Assembly (NCBI RefSeq): GCF_018350175.1
Contig: NC_058377.1
Span: 57,536,001 to 57,600,000, forward strand
Origin: Felis catus
Taxonomy: Eukaryota
Reading direction: 5' to 3'
Length of the DNA stretch: 64,000 nucleotides
In this document: piece by piece, positions 10,875 to 23,298 of the stretch
Position numbering within the stretch: position 1 is the first letter of the stretch
How the letters are laid out: each line of letters opens with the position of its first letter
The notes under the pieces: model-generated
What the model was told of the DNA's origin: nothing
The model's database searches: none
What the model saw: only the letters and a program-made list of their open reading frames with translations
Program-made: the position numbers and the translations under genes

Positions 10875-11175
10875 TGGTGCTTTGTGGCTCCCTTGTGGTT
10901 GGGTGGGGCCAAGTAACTTGTTCTGATCAATGAGTTATGAATGGAGGGGACATGCCACTTCTGAGCTGGAGCATTGAATTGCTGGTGTCAGACCCCTTGG
11001 GGTTTCTCTTCCCCTCTGGAACGGTGACCAACAACATTCAGGATAGCGGCTGCTTCCGGAGGGACTGCAATGGGCAGAGGCCCCTGCTGCTGCTGGACAG
11101 GTGGTATGGTTAAGCCACTGAAATGCAGGCGTTGTTCATTACCACAGCATAATCTAACCTATTCTGACTGATATA
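10875..11175 (+). mobile_element. MaLR LTR fragment (MLT1 family)
   Basis: MLT1-type 3' end TAAGCCACTGAAAT...TTACCACAGCATAATCTAACCTATTCTGACTGATATA. Confidence 0.7.
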
Positions 11176-11246
11176 ATACGTATATAGTAATTAGGAGTCT
11201 TGTATTTGCAAATGTAGAAACCCCACTCAAGTTCACTTATGCAAAA

Positions 11247-11287
11247 ATAGATAGATAGATAGATAGATAGATGAATGAATGAATGAA

Positions 11288-11330
<43 letters not shown>
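11247..11330. repeat. Compound tetranucleotide STR (ATAG)6(ATGA)4(ATAA)11
   Basis: Read directly; all three blocks are in the same 4-nt phase. Confidence 0.95.
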
Positions 11331-11553
11331 AGAGTGACAATGAAGGCATTATTGGAAAAGGTACTGGGGAGGGCCTCATAAAATGCAAGGGTAGGTCTGC
11401 CACTGGGCTCAAGAACAGAACTGGAGCACGTAGCCCTTTAGGAGCCCAGACAGTCTTTTCTCTCCTATTCCCTGCCAGGCTTTTTGGTGTCTGCTTCATT
11501 CTATCTGGCTTCAGTCCAGCTTTCTCTGTTTCCCAGGCTGCATGGTGGAAGAT

Positions 11554-11555
<2 letters not shown>

Positions 11556-11585
<30 letters not shown>
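11556..11585. repeat. (CTG)10 trinucleotide repeat
   Basis: Perfect run. Confidence 0.95.
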
Positions 11586-11586
<1 letters not shown>

Positions 11587-12002
11587 CATCCATTAATATT
11601 GGAGTAGTCAAGGAAAACCCCCAGGTTTCTGGCTTGAGCAACAAGGTGGATGCTAGAGGTATTGCTGGGATGGGAAACACTGGGTGGGGACTGAGTTTGG
11701 AGAGGAAGATAACTCGTTCAGTTTTAGGTAAATCAAGTTTGAAACACTTTTGGGAGATGCAAGTGGAGAGGACCAAGAGGCAGTGGATTTGTGGATCTGG
11801 AGCATGGGTGTGAGGAGTTATGTTTTAGGTCTGGAGACAGAAGAGGAGGGCACAAGACTGACAAATGTGAGGCATGGGCGAGGAGGGGCAGGCAAGGAGG
11901 CACAAAGGCAGTAGGCAGAGAAATAGTTGGGGGCCCAGAATGAAACAACAGGCAATCTCATTCACTCCTCTGGCAGCAGAGCAGTCTAGGTAGGATTATT
12001 TT

Positions 12003-12232
12003 TTATTTTTATTTTTTTAAAATTTTTGTTAACGTTTTATTTATTTTTGAGACAGGGAGAGACAGAGCATGAACAGGGGAGGGTCAGAGAGAGGGAGACA
12101 CAGAATCTGAAACAGGCTCCAGGCTCTGAGCTGTCAGCACAGAGCCCGACGCGGGGCTCGAACTCACGGACCTCGAGATCATGACCTGAGCCGAAGTCGG
12201 CCGCTTAACCGACTGAGCCACCCAGGCGCCCC
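12003..12232 (-). mobile_element. CAN-SINE inserted in a MIR
   Basis: TSD TAGGTAGGATTATTTT at 11987-12002 and 12233-12248. Confidence 0.95.
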
Positions 12233-13030
12233 TAGGTAGGATTATTTTAAGGGTGAGAAAACCAAGGCTCAGCAAGGCTAAGTGACTTGTTTGAGGCTAT
12301 GCAGTTAGTAAGAAGCAGAGTCAGTCCCCGGCTCCCAGGCTGGGTCTCTCCACTCTTCCACAGTAGCCTCTGAAGGGTGAGCATGCCAGGCATCCTGGAA
12401 GAGCCAAGCCTTCAAGAACAGGTGGGCTGTGGGTCAGCAGAGCCAAGAGGATGCAGAGCAAAAGGTCAGAGTAGGATTGAGGCCAGGCCTGTGGGATCAG
12501 GTCAAGCCACTGCTGTGGGTTCCTGGCTCTTCTTCCTGCCTGGACAGAGCCCACCTCCGGTTTCCCACAGGGGCCCTTCCTCCAGGAAGGAAGCTGAGCG
12601 TACGAAGAAGGATATTTAGCACCTCCAGAAGGCCTCTTCTTGTTTGTGCAGAATCTTTTCCCCATAAAGAGATTGTTCAGGGTCTGGTAAATGAGTGTTA
12701 AACATAAGGTTGTGACCAGCTGCTGTGTCTGGTTCAACATCTTGTTCCTCCAGTGAGGCTGGCAAGAAACCAAATCAAACCAGCTCTTGGCACTGTGACC
12801 CAGTACACCTTACTTCTTGGGGAAAGCCTCTCTCTGAAAGCCCTATGGAAATCAGATCTTTGCAATCTCAGTCTGATTTTCCTTTTTGCCAAATTACAAT
12901 TTGCCATACATATAACCCTACCGTATTGTAACACCTATAAAATTGAAAAAGAAAACAATAGTTGCACTCCCACCTGACAACACATCCCGTCCATTTGCGT
13001 GTCTCTAGTACTTTAGCATGAACAGACATT

Positions 13031-13080
13031 TTATGTACTTGTATTTTATGTACTTGTAATTTATGTACTTGTAATTATGT
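13031..13080. repeat. 15-bp tandem repeat TTATGTACTTGTA(T/A)T, ~3.3 copies
   Basis: Units start at 13031, 13046 and 13061. Confidence 0.85.
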
Positions 13081-13502
13081 GGGTACAATTATGTACCAAA
13101 TGTAACCAAACATTACATACATTTTCCCACATTGCTACATAATCTTTATAGTTATATTTTTTGAATGTCTTAATTTTGTTTCCATTTTGCTTAAAACTTA
13201 GAATTTAATGTTTTTTAAAATATAGGTAATGCATGCACATGGGACAAAATTAAAAAGGTACAAAGTGGTAACACTGAAATGTAAGTCTTGCTCTTATTCT
13301 TTTCCCCTGTAAACTCAGTTTCTTTCCCGGAGGCCCAAATGGTGGTAAATTCTTTTTTATATACTTCAGAGATATTTTATGCATCTGTAAGTGTGCATGA
13401 TTATATATATACATTCTTTTTCATATAGTAACATACTATAGACACAGTATTGCACTTTGCAGACTGTTTCAGATCAATATATAAAGAGCAACCTCATTTT
13501 TA

Positions 13503-13742
13503 TTTTATTTATATATTTATTTATTTATTTAAATTTTTTAACGTTTATTTATTTTTGAGACAGAGAGAGACAGAGCATGAACAGGGGAGGGGCAGAAAGT
13601 GAGGGAGACACAGAATCCGAAGCAGGTTCCGGGCTCTGAGCTGTCAGCACAGAGCCCGACGCGGGGCTCGATCTCACGGACCGTGAGATCATGACCTGAG
13701 CCGAAGTCGGACGCTCAACCGACCGAGCCACCCAGGCGCCCC
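13503..13742 (-). mobile_element. CAN-SINE
   Basis: TSD CAACCTCATTTTTA at 13489-13502 and 13743-13756; sits in degraded antisense L1M-like sequence. Confidence 0.95.
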
Positions 13743-14129
13743 CAACCTCATTTTTAAAAGTGACTACAGAGTATTCCATTCAGTGGATTTCCTATGACTT
13801 ATTTAGCTAGGATCCTATTGAGGACATTTAGGTTATTGCTAATCTTTTGCTTTTACAAACAAGGCTGCAGTGAAAATCCTTATAAAAGTGTGTGTGTGTG
13901 TGTGTGCGCACGCGTGCGTGCCTGTCTGTCCTTCTGTCTGTGTGTATGTGTTACATCACACATGGTGAGTACATGGGTTGCATTTTTAGAAGTGATTTTC
14001 TGAATCAAAGGATATGTGTGTTTTTATTTTAATAGATATTGTCATATTGCCTTCCATAAAAGTTATACCAATTTATACTCCAATAATGTACAAGGGAGAT
14101 GCCTGAATTTTAAATGTTCCAGCATTTTA

Positions 14130-14312
14130 GGGGCACCTGAGTGGCTCAGTCAGTTAAGCCTCCGACTCTTGACAGCGGCTCAGGTTGTGTTATCGCCGTG
14201 GTGAGATGAAGTGCTGCATCAGGCTCTGTGCTATCAAATTCTCTTTCTCTCTCTCTCTTCGCCCCTCCCCCACTTGCACTGTCTCTCTCTCAAAATAAAT
14301 AAATAAATTGAA
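14130..14312 (+). mobile_element. Older CAN-SINE
   Basis: Diverged body; degenerate TSD TTAAATGTTCyAGCATyTTAG. Confidence 0.85.
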
Positions 14313-15194
14313 GGTTAAATGTTCTAGCATCTTAGGTTTTTTCTCATTTTTGAAATTTTTTTGGTATAAAATCTTTTTAGCATACAACAATGAACCCCCA
14401 CATACCCATCATGCCCCTAAAGCAGTCATCAACTCATGGCCAGTCTTAGTTTGTCTAAACTAGTACCTACTTCCTGCTTTCTCCCTGGATTATTGTGAAG
14501 CAAATCATAGATACCATATTATTTCACCCATAAATATTTCAGTATGTATTCCCCAAAGATAAGGACTCAAAAAAAAAAAAAACCCAAACACAAAAAACAA
14601 ACAAACAAACAAAAAAAACAACCCACAATAGCATTATTACACAGGAAAAATACTTCAGTATCAACAAATATTCGATTAATACTCAGATTTCCCCAAATGT
14701 TTGCTTTTTTTTTTTTATACTTGGTTTGTTCAAATCAGGATTCAAACAAGGTCTGCACACTGCATTTGTCATGTCTCATAAGTGTCTCTTTAGTCTCTTT
14801 TCACCTATAGATTACTCCCACAACTTAAAAAAAAATCTTTTTCTCCTGTGTTTCCTGAAGATTGAAAGGTGAAACCAGACATTTGATCTGATTCAGGTAT
14901 GGTTTCTTTTGGGCAAGTTGGCTTCATGGGTGGTGGAGTGTTCTTAAGGCACACAGTATGTTTTTCCTTTTTTTGTGATGATCATTCCCTAGATCCATTA
15001 ATTTGTTAGGAGTTTATAAAATGTAATACTCTGATTCTGTCATGCCTTCACTTACTAGCTGGAGTATGGTTATAGAACTCAACAAGATCAGTGGCATTAG
15101 TGTTGTTATTGGCATTTTATTAGTTTTTTAGTTCTTTTCATATTCACTAATAGTCTGTATTGAATACAAAATTATATATAAAAGATTTACTTTT

Positions 15195-15400
15195 TTTTAA
15201 CGTTTTATTTATTTTTGAGACAGGGAGAGATAGAGCATGAACAGGGGAGGGTCAGAGAGAGGGAGACACAGAATCTGAAACAGGCTCCAGGCTCTGAGCT
15301 GTCAGCACAGGGCCCGACGCGGGGCTCGAGCTCACGGACCACCAGATCATGACCTGAGCTGAAGTCGGCCGCTTAACCAACTGAGCCACCCAGGGGCCCC
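15195..15400 (-). mobile_element. CAN-SINE
   Basis: TSD TAAAAGATTTACTTTT at 15179-15194 and 15401-15416. Confidence 0.95.
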
Positions 15401-16799
15401 TAAAAGATTTACTTTTATGGTTGCATTAGTTTTTACCAAGTTTAAATCTGAACATAATTTAGATTGCCAACACTGACTGCCTCAATAATTTTGGGGGGAT
15501 CCATACGTTATTCAAATTCAAGAGACACAGGTATAAGACTAAAGTGTTTTTTGCAGTTTACCTAAATTGTGAGTTTTTCTAATCCAGAGACTGTTTGTTC
15601 GTGTTTGTGCCTGAGTACCTGGCACGTAAAAGGAAGCAAGTTTAATGTTTATGTTACTGTGAAGAATTTCCTACAGCCTCCACATTTGGTTCTTTTGTTG
15701 ATGGATATGGATATCAGGTCTGTGAAGCAGTCACAGTGGCCATGCTCACAGCTTCCAGCTCTTTCAGATATGGAGCAGGCAGCTTCCATTCCTGAGTGAT
15801 TCTGATTGTGAGAAAGTTAGTCGTCACTCTAAACTGAAACTTACCTCTAACACTGTCATAATTCTACCCCCTGCAAGGCCTCCTCTGAGAGTCCTTTCCT
15901 GGCCTCATTCTACATCCCCCTCAAAAGGCAGTAACCACGGCGTGTTATAGTTACTTGTTTCCATGTCTGACTGTGAGCTCTCCAGGCAGGGACTGTAGCT
16001 GCATCCTCTGTGGCCTCCTGGGGACCTGCCCAGGGCCTCATGCAGAAGAGGTGCCCAGAAATGGCCTGTTGAGTCAGCAAATGAATTCTATCCCGGGAAT
16101 GGTCTCTTCTTCATGTTTTCTTTCCTGATTCTTCTGTTCTTCACAGAACATGGCTTCCAGACGCCACACCCCTGCCCTTATCTCAATAGGCTTTAATTGG
16201 CTAATGTGCCTTTAATCTGTGTGGCTTGGAATTGAAGATAACATGGCTGGTATGGTCTGGCCAGTGTGAGGTCTGTCAGCCTGTGCTGGGCCTTGAGGAG
16301 GATGGATCCGACTTGGTTCCTGTCTTCAAGGAGCTCATAGCTTTGTGGAGGAGACACACCTGTAAAAACAATTCACAATAAACTGTCACAAGTACCATGA
16401 GAGAAGTTTGCACAGGGTACTGTGGAAACATAAAAGAAGTGACAGATTTTAAAAGGGAGGAGGGGGGCAGAAAAGGCTCAAGGTGACATTGAATTAGAAT
16501 TCTAGGTTCTAAGTAAGAAAAAACCCAGCTCAAACTAGCTCAAATGAAAAGAGTATCTTAGAACTCAAAACTAAACAAGTCTGGGGCTAGCTTCAGGCAC
16601 AGATTGATCCAGGAGGAGGTAGCATGTAAGGGGGGAGTTAGCCAGCCCCTGGAGGAAGGTGCTCCAGGTAGAGAGACTAGCACAGCAAAGGCCTGGAGAG
16701 GATAGAGAGCAGGTGGGTATTTGAGGAAATGCAGGTTGTCTTCCTGCCTCTTTCTAGGGTGAACAGCCTGCGTTCACAGCCTCCCCCATATTCCTTCAT

Positions 16800-17300
16800 T
16801 CTCCCACTCCCTCCCTCCGCCCCCTGCGTGTAGAGCAGGATAAAGAGGAATGGGGCAGGCTCCCACCCATCAGACTGCTGCCACTGCCTGTACTCTCTCC
16901 CACTTGCCCTTCTAGATGCTCACCACCCTTCTCCACTACCACAGGCCTCCTTGCTCTGGAGCTCCCATCTGCACTAGAGCAAAGGGAGACAGTGGTAGAT
17001 GACTATAAGGAAGGGAGGGAGTAGGGGCAGAGAAGGATATTTATTTCCTCAGCTCTCTCCCTGCTGGGTCAGCATGGGTTGGGTACAGCCTCTACCAAAA
17101 GCCACAGCTCCAGCCTGCTGCCCTCTGCAGTTTCCTGTAACCCCTTCCTCCCCTGCTCTCTGAGCCTAGCCACCGTGTCTCTCCACTGTGGCTAGCCAGG
17201 GGGGTGGCACCATTGCTTGCTGGTTTCCTGAACCTTCCTCATACTCTCTTCAAATTACCCAGTTTCAGGGAGCCGTCTGTTTCCTACCAGAATGCTGACA
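16800..17300 (+). mobile_element. ERVL-type LTR (LTR33-like)
   Basis: TATTTATTTCCTCAGCTCTCTCCCTGC...CAAATTACCCAGTTT...TCTGTTTCCT matches the LTR33 pattern as recalled. Related antisense copies at ~21140-21400 and ~56330-56980. Confidence 0.6.
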
Positions 17301-18499
17301 CCCAGCTCTCACCTGCAGCCAGAGGTGGGCTGGGGGCACGCTGGGCCCTGTGAAGTACTGGGTTCCTGTGAGGGGATAGCATTACTCAGGTCAACTCCAT
17401 TCCACCACAGACACCTCTCTCCAGCCTGACCCACAGGGATCCAAGGCTGTGCTAAGCATTTTACACGCTTTATGTCAACTTCACAGCAAATAACAAACCC
17501 ACAAGGTTGAATTACTGACTGTTTTACAAAGAGGAAAGCGGCTCAGCTGAAGGTTTGCCCAAGTTCACAGTTAGTTAGAGGCAGTCCATGGTTTGAAGTC
17601 AAGTCTGGACTCCAAAGGCCGTGTGTTAAACAGCACTCCTATGACCCCCACTCTGCTTTCCTCATAGGTCAAGGGAAAGAACCAAATGAGACAGTTGGTG
17701 CTTTTGAGATGCTGAAAAGCCAACACACCTGGTTGGCCTGAGAACTGTGCTATGTCACATCCCTCCCAAGAAGGCCAGGCTGAGTTTTTGACGGAGCACT
17801 GGAAGGTCAGAGCTGGCAGGGGACCCAGAGATCAGACAACCTCATCCCCTCCTATGCCCAGGAGGAAACAACCCCAAAAAGGACAAGTGGTTCCTCTTAG
17901 GTCCCACATTCCTGCAGGAACCAGAATTCGAATCCAGACGGTCTGCAGACATCCCGTAAACATATCAGCAAGAAGGATGTAGCATTCCCCTCAGAGAAGA
18001 GTTCAGAAGAGAGAAAAACAGTGGAGATTAGGATGGGGGGTGGGGAGGAGCTGATTTCTGGACTATAGGATTTCAGATTTGGGGAATGCAAGGCATGTCA
18101 GAGCCCATCTAGAAAATTTCCCTGATAGCAACTCTGAAAAGGAAACCCTGCTTGCACACCTCTCCAGTGATGGGAAGCGTATTCTGGCCAGAGGCAGCCT
18201 GTTTCTGGTTCCCAGTGAGCGGAGATCTGGGTCCTGTGACTCCCCCGTCCCTAAGCACAGTTCTGGGTCTTCTCTCTGGGACCCATAGAACATGTCCACT
18301 CCCTCTGCCCCAGATGTGTGAGCTGTGCTCACAGCACACTTAATCCCCACTTCTCACTTTTGCATGGCTGTGAATCTCTGGATGTCCTCCTCCCTCCTCC
18401 CTGTCTGCTCACTTAAATGTCCATTTACCCTACTTCCCCTAATAACACCCATATCTTCCTTAGGCATCGTACTCCCACCAACTTTATGTTTGTGTGTTA

Positions 18500-18797
18500 T
18501 TTTTTATTAAGGTGTAATTGGCATAGAACATCATGGTTTCAGGTGTACAAATAATGATTTGCTCTTTATATGCATTGCAACTTGATCACCACTCTAAGTC
18601 TAGTTAACACCTTACATAGTTCCAAACTTTTTTTTTCCAGTGATGAGAAATTTTAAGAACTACTCTCAGCAGCTTTCAAATATGCAACACAGTATTAGTG
18701 ACTATAGTCACCGTGCTGTACATTATGTCCCTGTGACTTGTTTACTTGATAACTGGAATTTGCACCTTCTGAACACCTTCACCCATTTCTCCCACCC
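18500..18797 (-). mobile_element. L1 3'-end fragment
   Basis: TTTCAGGTGTACAA...GATGAGAAATTTTAAGAACTACTCTC...ACCTTCACCCATTTCTCCCACCC. Confidence 0.75.
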
Positions 18798-18809
18798 AAG
18801 TTTATGTGG

Positions 18810-19235
18810 TTTGAGTAAAGGTGACACCCCTGCCAGCCTCTTTCCCTGGCTTTCTGTGACTGGTGCAGAGATGAGCACTGGGCCTCTTTTAGGACAATAC
18901 GAGTCAGACCCAGACTTCTGCCAGGAGGGTTGTGGGGGAAAGGAGCTCTTCCTACTGGCTTTGCAGACAGAACAGAGTGTATACATGGAACTGCAGACAG
19001 CCATCCTGTCACCACAAAGTGGGATCCTGCCTGAGAAGGGAGCAATAGTGAGAGAAGCAGAGCCAAAAGATTCAAATAGCTTCATGAAGACATCATCTGA
19101 GCTCCTGGATCTAGCCATGCCTGAAGTCAGTCCTCTGGTTGTTGTAATTACATGAGCCAATGAATTCCATTTTCTACTTAAGTCCATTTGAGCTGCATTT
19201 TCTGTCTGTTGCAACTATGACTCCAGACTGAGACA
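18810..19235 (+). mobile_element. MaLR LTR (MLT1J/K-like)
   Basis: GAGCTCCTGGATCTAGCCATGCCTGAAG...GAGCCAAT...TTTTCTGTCTGTTGCAACT. Confidence 0.65.
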
Positions 19236-20013
19236 CTCACTTCCTCTGTACATCTCAGTCCTAACTTATCCTACTTTCTTCTGCCTTCTTTTATTGTTTA
19301 AATCATAAGATTTAAACGTCCATATTCATACCACTATGAACATGCCCTCATTAATAGTTATTCTTTATGTAACACTTGCTATGTGCCAGGTACCAGCTAA
19401 AGCACTTTAGAAATAATATCTTACTGCAATTCACAGATGTAACTACTTTTATCCCCATTCTACAGATAAGGAAACTAAGACTCAGAGAGGTTAAACTCTC
19501 ACAGCCAATAAGTGTCAGGGCTAGGATTCAAACCCAGCTCTGTTGGACCCCAGAGGCAGTGTTCTGGACCAGCTGCTTCCCAGGACATAGCATGTGTGAG
19601 GGTGAGGTGGGGAGAAGATGCTACAGAGATCTTTAGTTTCCTGACACCACACCATCCCACTCTTGCTGTACCTCTTCCAGTGCTCTCTTCACTGCTCTGT
19701 GCTGCTTGCAGAGGCAGGAGAAAAGTGATGCTCGGAACAAGGAGACAAAGTGTTCTGAGGGTCAAACTGACAGGCCAAGAGGAGACAACTCACAGAAGTA
19801 TGGGCTGCTGATGGGTAATGGCATAAAATAACTTGATGTGACCGTTAAGCTTCCTCTGTGTTTCATGCTGTATTTTCCCTGGTAACCCAGGCTTTTAGCA
19901 CTGTTGACAGATACAATTTGTGTTCACCCTACCTCTGAACCCTTCTCCCCCAACCCACTAGATAGATATTGAGTTATGTCCTGTGTATTCTATGGTGAAA
20001 AAGACACACCTGG

Positions 20014-20569
20014 TTCTGAAGGGGCACATGCACTTGAATGTTTATAACAGAGCTATCAACAATAGCCAAAGTATGGAAATAGCCAAAGTCCATCAATGGA
20101 TGAATGGATAAAGAAGAGTGATATATACTACAATGGAGTATTACTCAGCAACCAAAAGGAATGAAAATTTGCCATTTGCAACTATGTGGATAGAACTAGA
20201 GGGTATTATGCTAAGTGAAATTAGTCAGAGAAAGACAAATATCCTATGGCTTCACTCATATGTGGAATTTAAGATACAAAACAGATGAACATAAGGGAAG
20301 GGAAGCAAAACTAATATAAAAACAAGGAGGGGGACAAAACATAAGAGACTCATAAATATGGAGAACAAACTGAGGGTTACTGGAGGGGTTGTGGGAGGGG
20401 GGATGGGCTAAATGGGTAAGGGGCATTAAGGAGGACACTTGTTGGGATGAGTACTGGGTATTATACATAGGGGATGAATCACTGGATTCTACTCCTGAAA
20501 TTATTATTGCACTCCATGCTAACTAACCTGGATGTAAATTTAAAAATTTTTTTAAAAGAAAGAAAGAAA
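20014..20569 (+). mobile_element. 5'-truncated felid L1 (ORF2 end plus 3' UTR)
   Basis: TSD GAAAAAGA(C/T)ACACCTGG at 19997-20013 and 20570-20586; G-rich 3' UTR and (AAAG)n tail. Confidence 0.92.
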
Positions 20570-22220
20570 GAAAAAGATACACCTGGACTGTATTCTTGTA
20601 GTGCCTACAGTCTGATGGGGAAGGCAGACCCCATGTCAGTACACAGCTAAATAGGAGACTAGGTTGAGTTCTCTGAAGAAAACAAACAGGAAACTGGATT
20701 GATAATCGTTCCATTTACTGAGAGAATGAAGACTGAGGGGAGCCAGGGAAGGAAGTCAAGGGTTCCAACCCCAATATGTCATCCAGAGATGTCAAGTAGG
20801 TAGTCAGATATAGGAGTCTAGTGCTCAGAGGAGAAGTCTAGTCTAGAGGTTTAAAAAGCATCCTATTATCCTTCCAGGCTTCCTCAGGTTCTATCTCTTC
20901 TTGGAAGTTTTCCCTGATAATGTAATTCCTAGTGATCTCCCCTTCATGACATTGATTCATCGATTCATTGATTCAACAAATTCTCAGTAAGATCTACTCT
21001 GTGTAGACTCAGTGTTGGCTACTGCCCTCAAGGAGCGTATGTTCTAAGTGTGGAGTCAACATATAAAGTGGACAATTATAAGACAGACTGGTAAGTCCTG
21101 TGTTCAAGGGAAGTGCAAGGGGCTGCAGGAGAATGGGCCTGTGTATCAGCCAGGTCCTGCAGGAAGCAAATGGCCATCTCAGGTCAGTAATTTGAGGAGG
21201 CTCTATTCAAAGAGGTGGGCAGGGAGTAGGGAAACCACAAGGATCATGAAGTACCCTGGGGCTTGAAACATTTGGGCATCATTACCTCCCCAGGCCTGCA
21301 GGGGAGAGGGAAGAGGGTGGTTACAGGAATGCGGAAACAAGTAGAGCTCTGAGATAGGGCTGACAGAAGCTGGGAGCTTCAGCTGAGGAATGCAGCAAGA
21401 GAAACAACAGCAAAAGATTTTTTTTTAAGTTAAATATATCAGATGATGTTAAATGTTACTGAAAAACCAGGCAGAGAAGGGGGTTAGGGAGGGCAGCGGT
21501 AAGGAGGGACTAGGATTTGTATATGGGATGGTCAGGGAAGACCTCAGCCAGAAGGTGGCACTTGAGCAAAGACTTAAAGGAGGTGTTATCTCCAGGTGAG
21601 TCTTTCCCTGACCCCTTCGATCATCCCACCCCACTCCCCTGCCCAACCTGTCCTCAGGTCAGGGCCTTGTCTCCAAATTCTTTGGATTTGAGAGTCCCCT
21701 GAAGGCTGTTCTCAGACTATGGTCTCCCTGAGACAGAAACTTTGTTCCATCCTTTCTTTTCTCATCTAATAACAATAGGAGCTGCCACCTATTAAGCACA
21801 CGCATCACGCTGGACCCAGCTCTGGGCCCGTTGCACACATTGGGTCATCTAAGCTTTGTTGCAAACCTGCGAGGCACAGAAAAAGAAAATGAGGCATCTC
21901 GGTCCACTTTCCAAGAACCCCTTAGGCACCTGGCTTCTCTAACACGGTTCCTGCTCCATTCTCACTCCAGAGCAGGGGAAGTGGAGGACAGACCTCAAAT
22001 TTCTGAAGGACCAAAAAAGGGAACGAAAACTAGGCATACACTTTATGTCTCCAGTGGGCACAAGGACCAAAGGGCAGAAGTAACTAGGAGGCAGTTTTTG
22101 TCAAAACGTGAAAACATCCTAACAATCAGAACTTTGCCTGCCTCAGAAGCAGTGAGCTGCTTGTCACTAATGGTGTGCCAGAGAAGCTGGACAATCTCAT
22201 GTCAAAAATGAAATGTAGGT

Positions 22221-22439
22221 GGGGCCCCTGGGTGCCTCAGTCCATTAAGCAGCTGACTTCAGCTCAGGTCATGATCTCGCAGTCCATGGGTTCCAGCCCC
22301 ACGTTGGGCTCTGTGCTGACAGCTCAGAGCCTGGAGCCTGCTTCGGAGTCTGTGTCTCCCTCTCTCTCCGCCCTTCACCCATTCGCGCTCAGTCTCTCTC
22401 TGTCTCTCAAAATAATAAATAAACATTAAAAAAAATTTT
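22221..22439 (+). mobile_element. CAN-SINE
   Basis: Full-length; degenerate TSD AATGAAAT(G/A)TAGG. Confidence 0.9.
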
Positions 22440-23079
22440 AATGAAATATAGGGGATTCTTAGGGGTTTGACCAGATAACTCCAAGGGTCCTTCCAAGTTA
22501 GGTTCTATCACTAAATGATTCTAGAACTCTAAGATGGTGTGATTTTAAGTCTATGATTCTAAAATTTTATTAAAACGAGATAATCCTTATCTTCAAAGAA
22601 CTTGCAATCTAGTAGATGAGGTGGGCAAATAGTTACTTTTGATAAGCGTAATAAAAAGTCCTATAGAGTAAATGCAAGGCCCTGGCAGAATGGGGAAGGA
22701 ACCAGGACTGTTTCCTCAAGGCTGATCTTAAGAACCACTCACGTCAGAATCATTGGGAATCTTTTTTTTTTTTTTTTAAATGTTTATTTCTGAGCTCCAT
22801 TCCAGATCTCCTGGATTGGAACTTCTGGTGTGGCATCCAAGTCTACTTTATAAGAATGAGCTCCTAGGTGATTCTTAGGCAGACTGAAATTTGGTACTGC
22901 ATGCCCAGAGTCAGGATGACTTTTCTGAGAGGTGATAATCGGACTGAGGAAAAGAAGTAGCTGGGTTAAAATACGTAACCACAGAAATAAAATGACAGTA
23001 CTGTGTTTTGATAAAGAATAGCAGTTTTGTACAGCATTCCCTCCACGTGGTAGATCTTTTCAAAATGATAGCACTTCTT

Positions 23080-23298
23080 TTTAAATTTTTTTTTTAACGT
23101 TTATTTATTTTTGAGACAGAGAGAGACACAGCATGAACGGGGGAGGGGCAGAGAGAGAGGGAGACACAGAATCGGAAGCAGGCTCCAGGCTCTGAGCCAT
23201 CAGCCCAGAGCCTGACGCGGGGCCCGAACTCGCGGACCGCGAGATCGTGACCTGAGCTGAAGTCGAACGCTTAACCGACTGAGCCACCCAGGCGCCCC
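23080..23298 (-). mobile_element. CAN-SINE (young)
   Basis: CpG-rich; TSD AAAATGATAGCACTTCTT at 23062-23079 and 23299-23316. Confidence 0.95.

Noticed and set aside
18640-19214. 171-aa (+) and 163-aa (-) overlapping ORFs
   Set aside because: They span an L1 3' UTR and MLT1 LTR junction; no coding signature.
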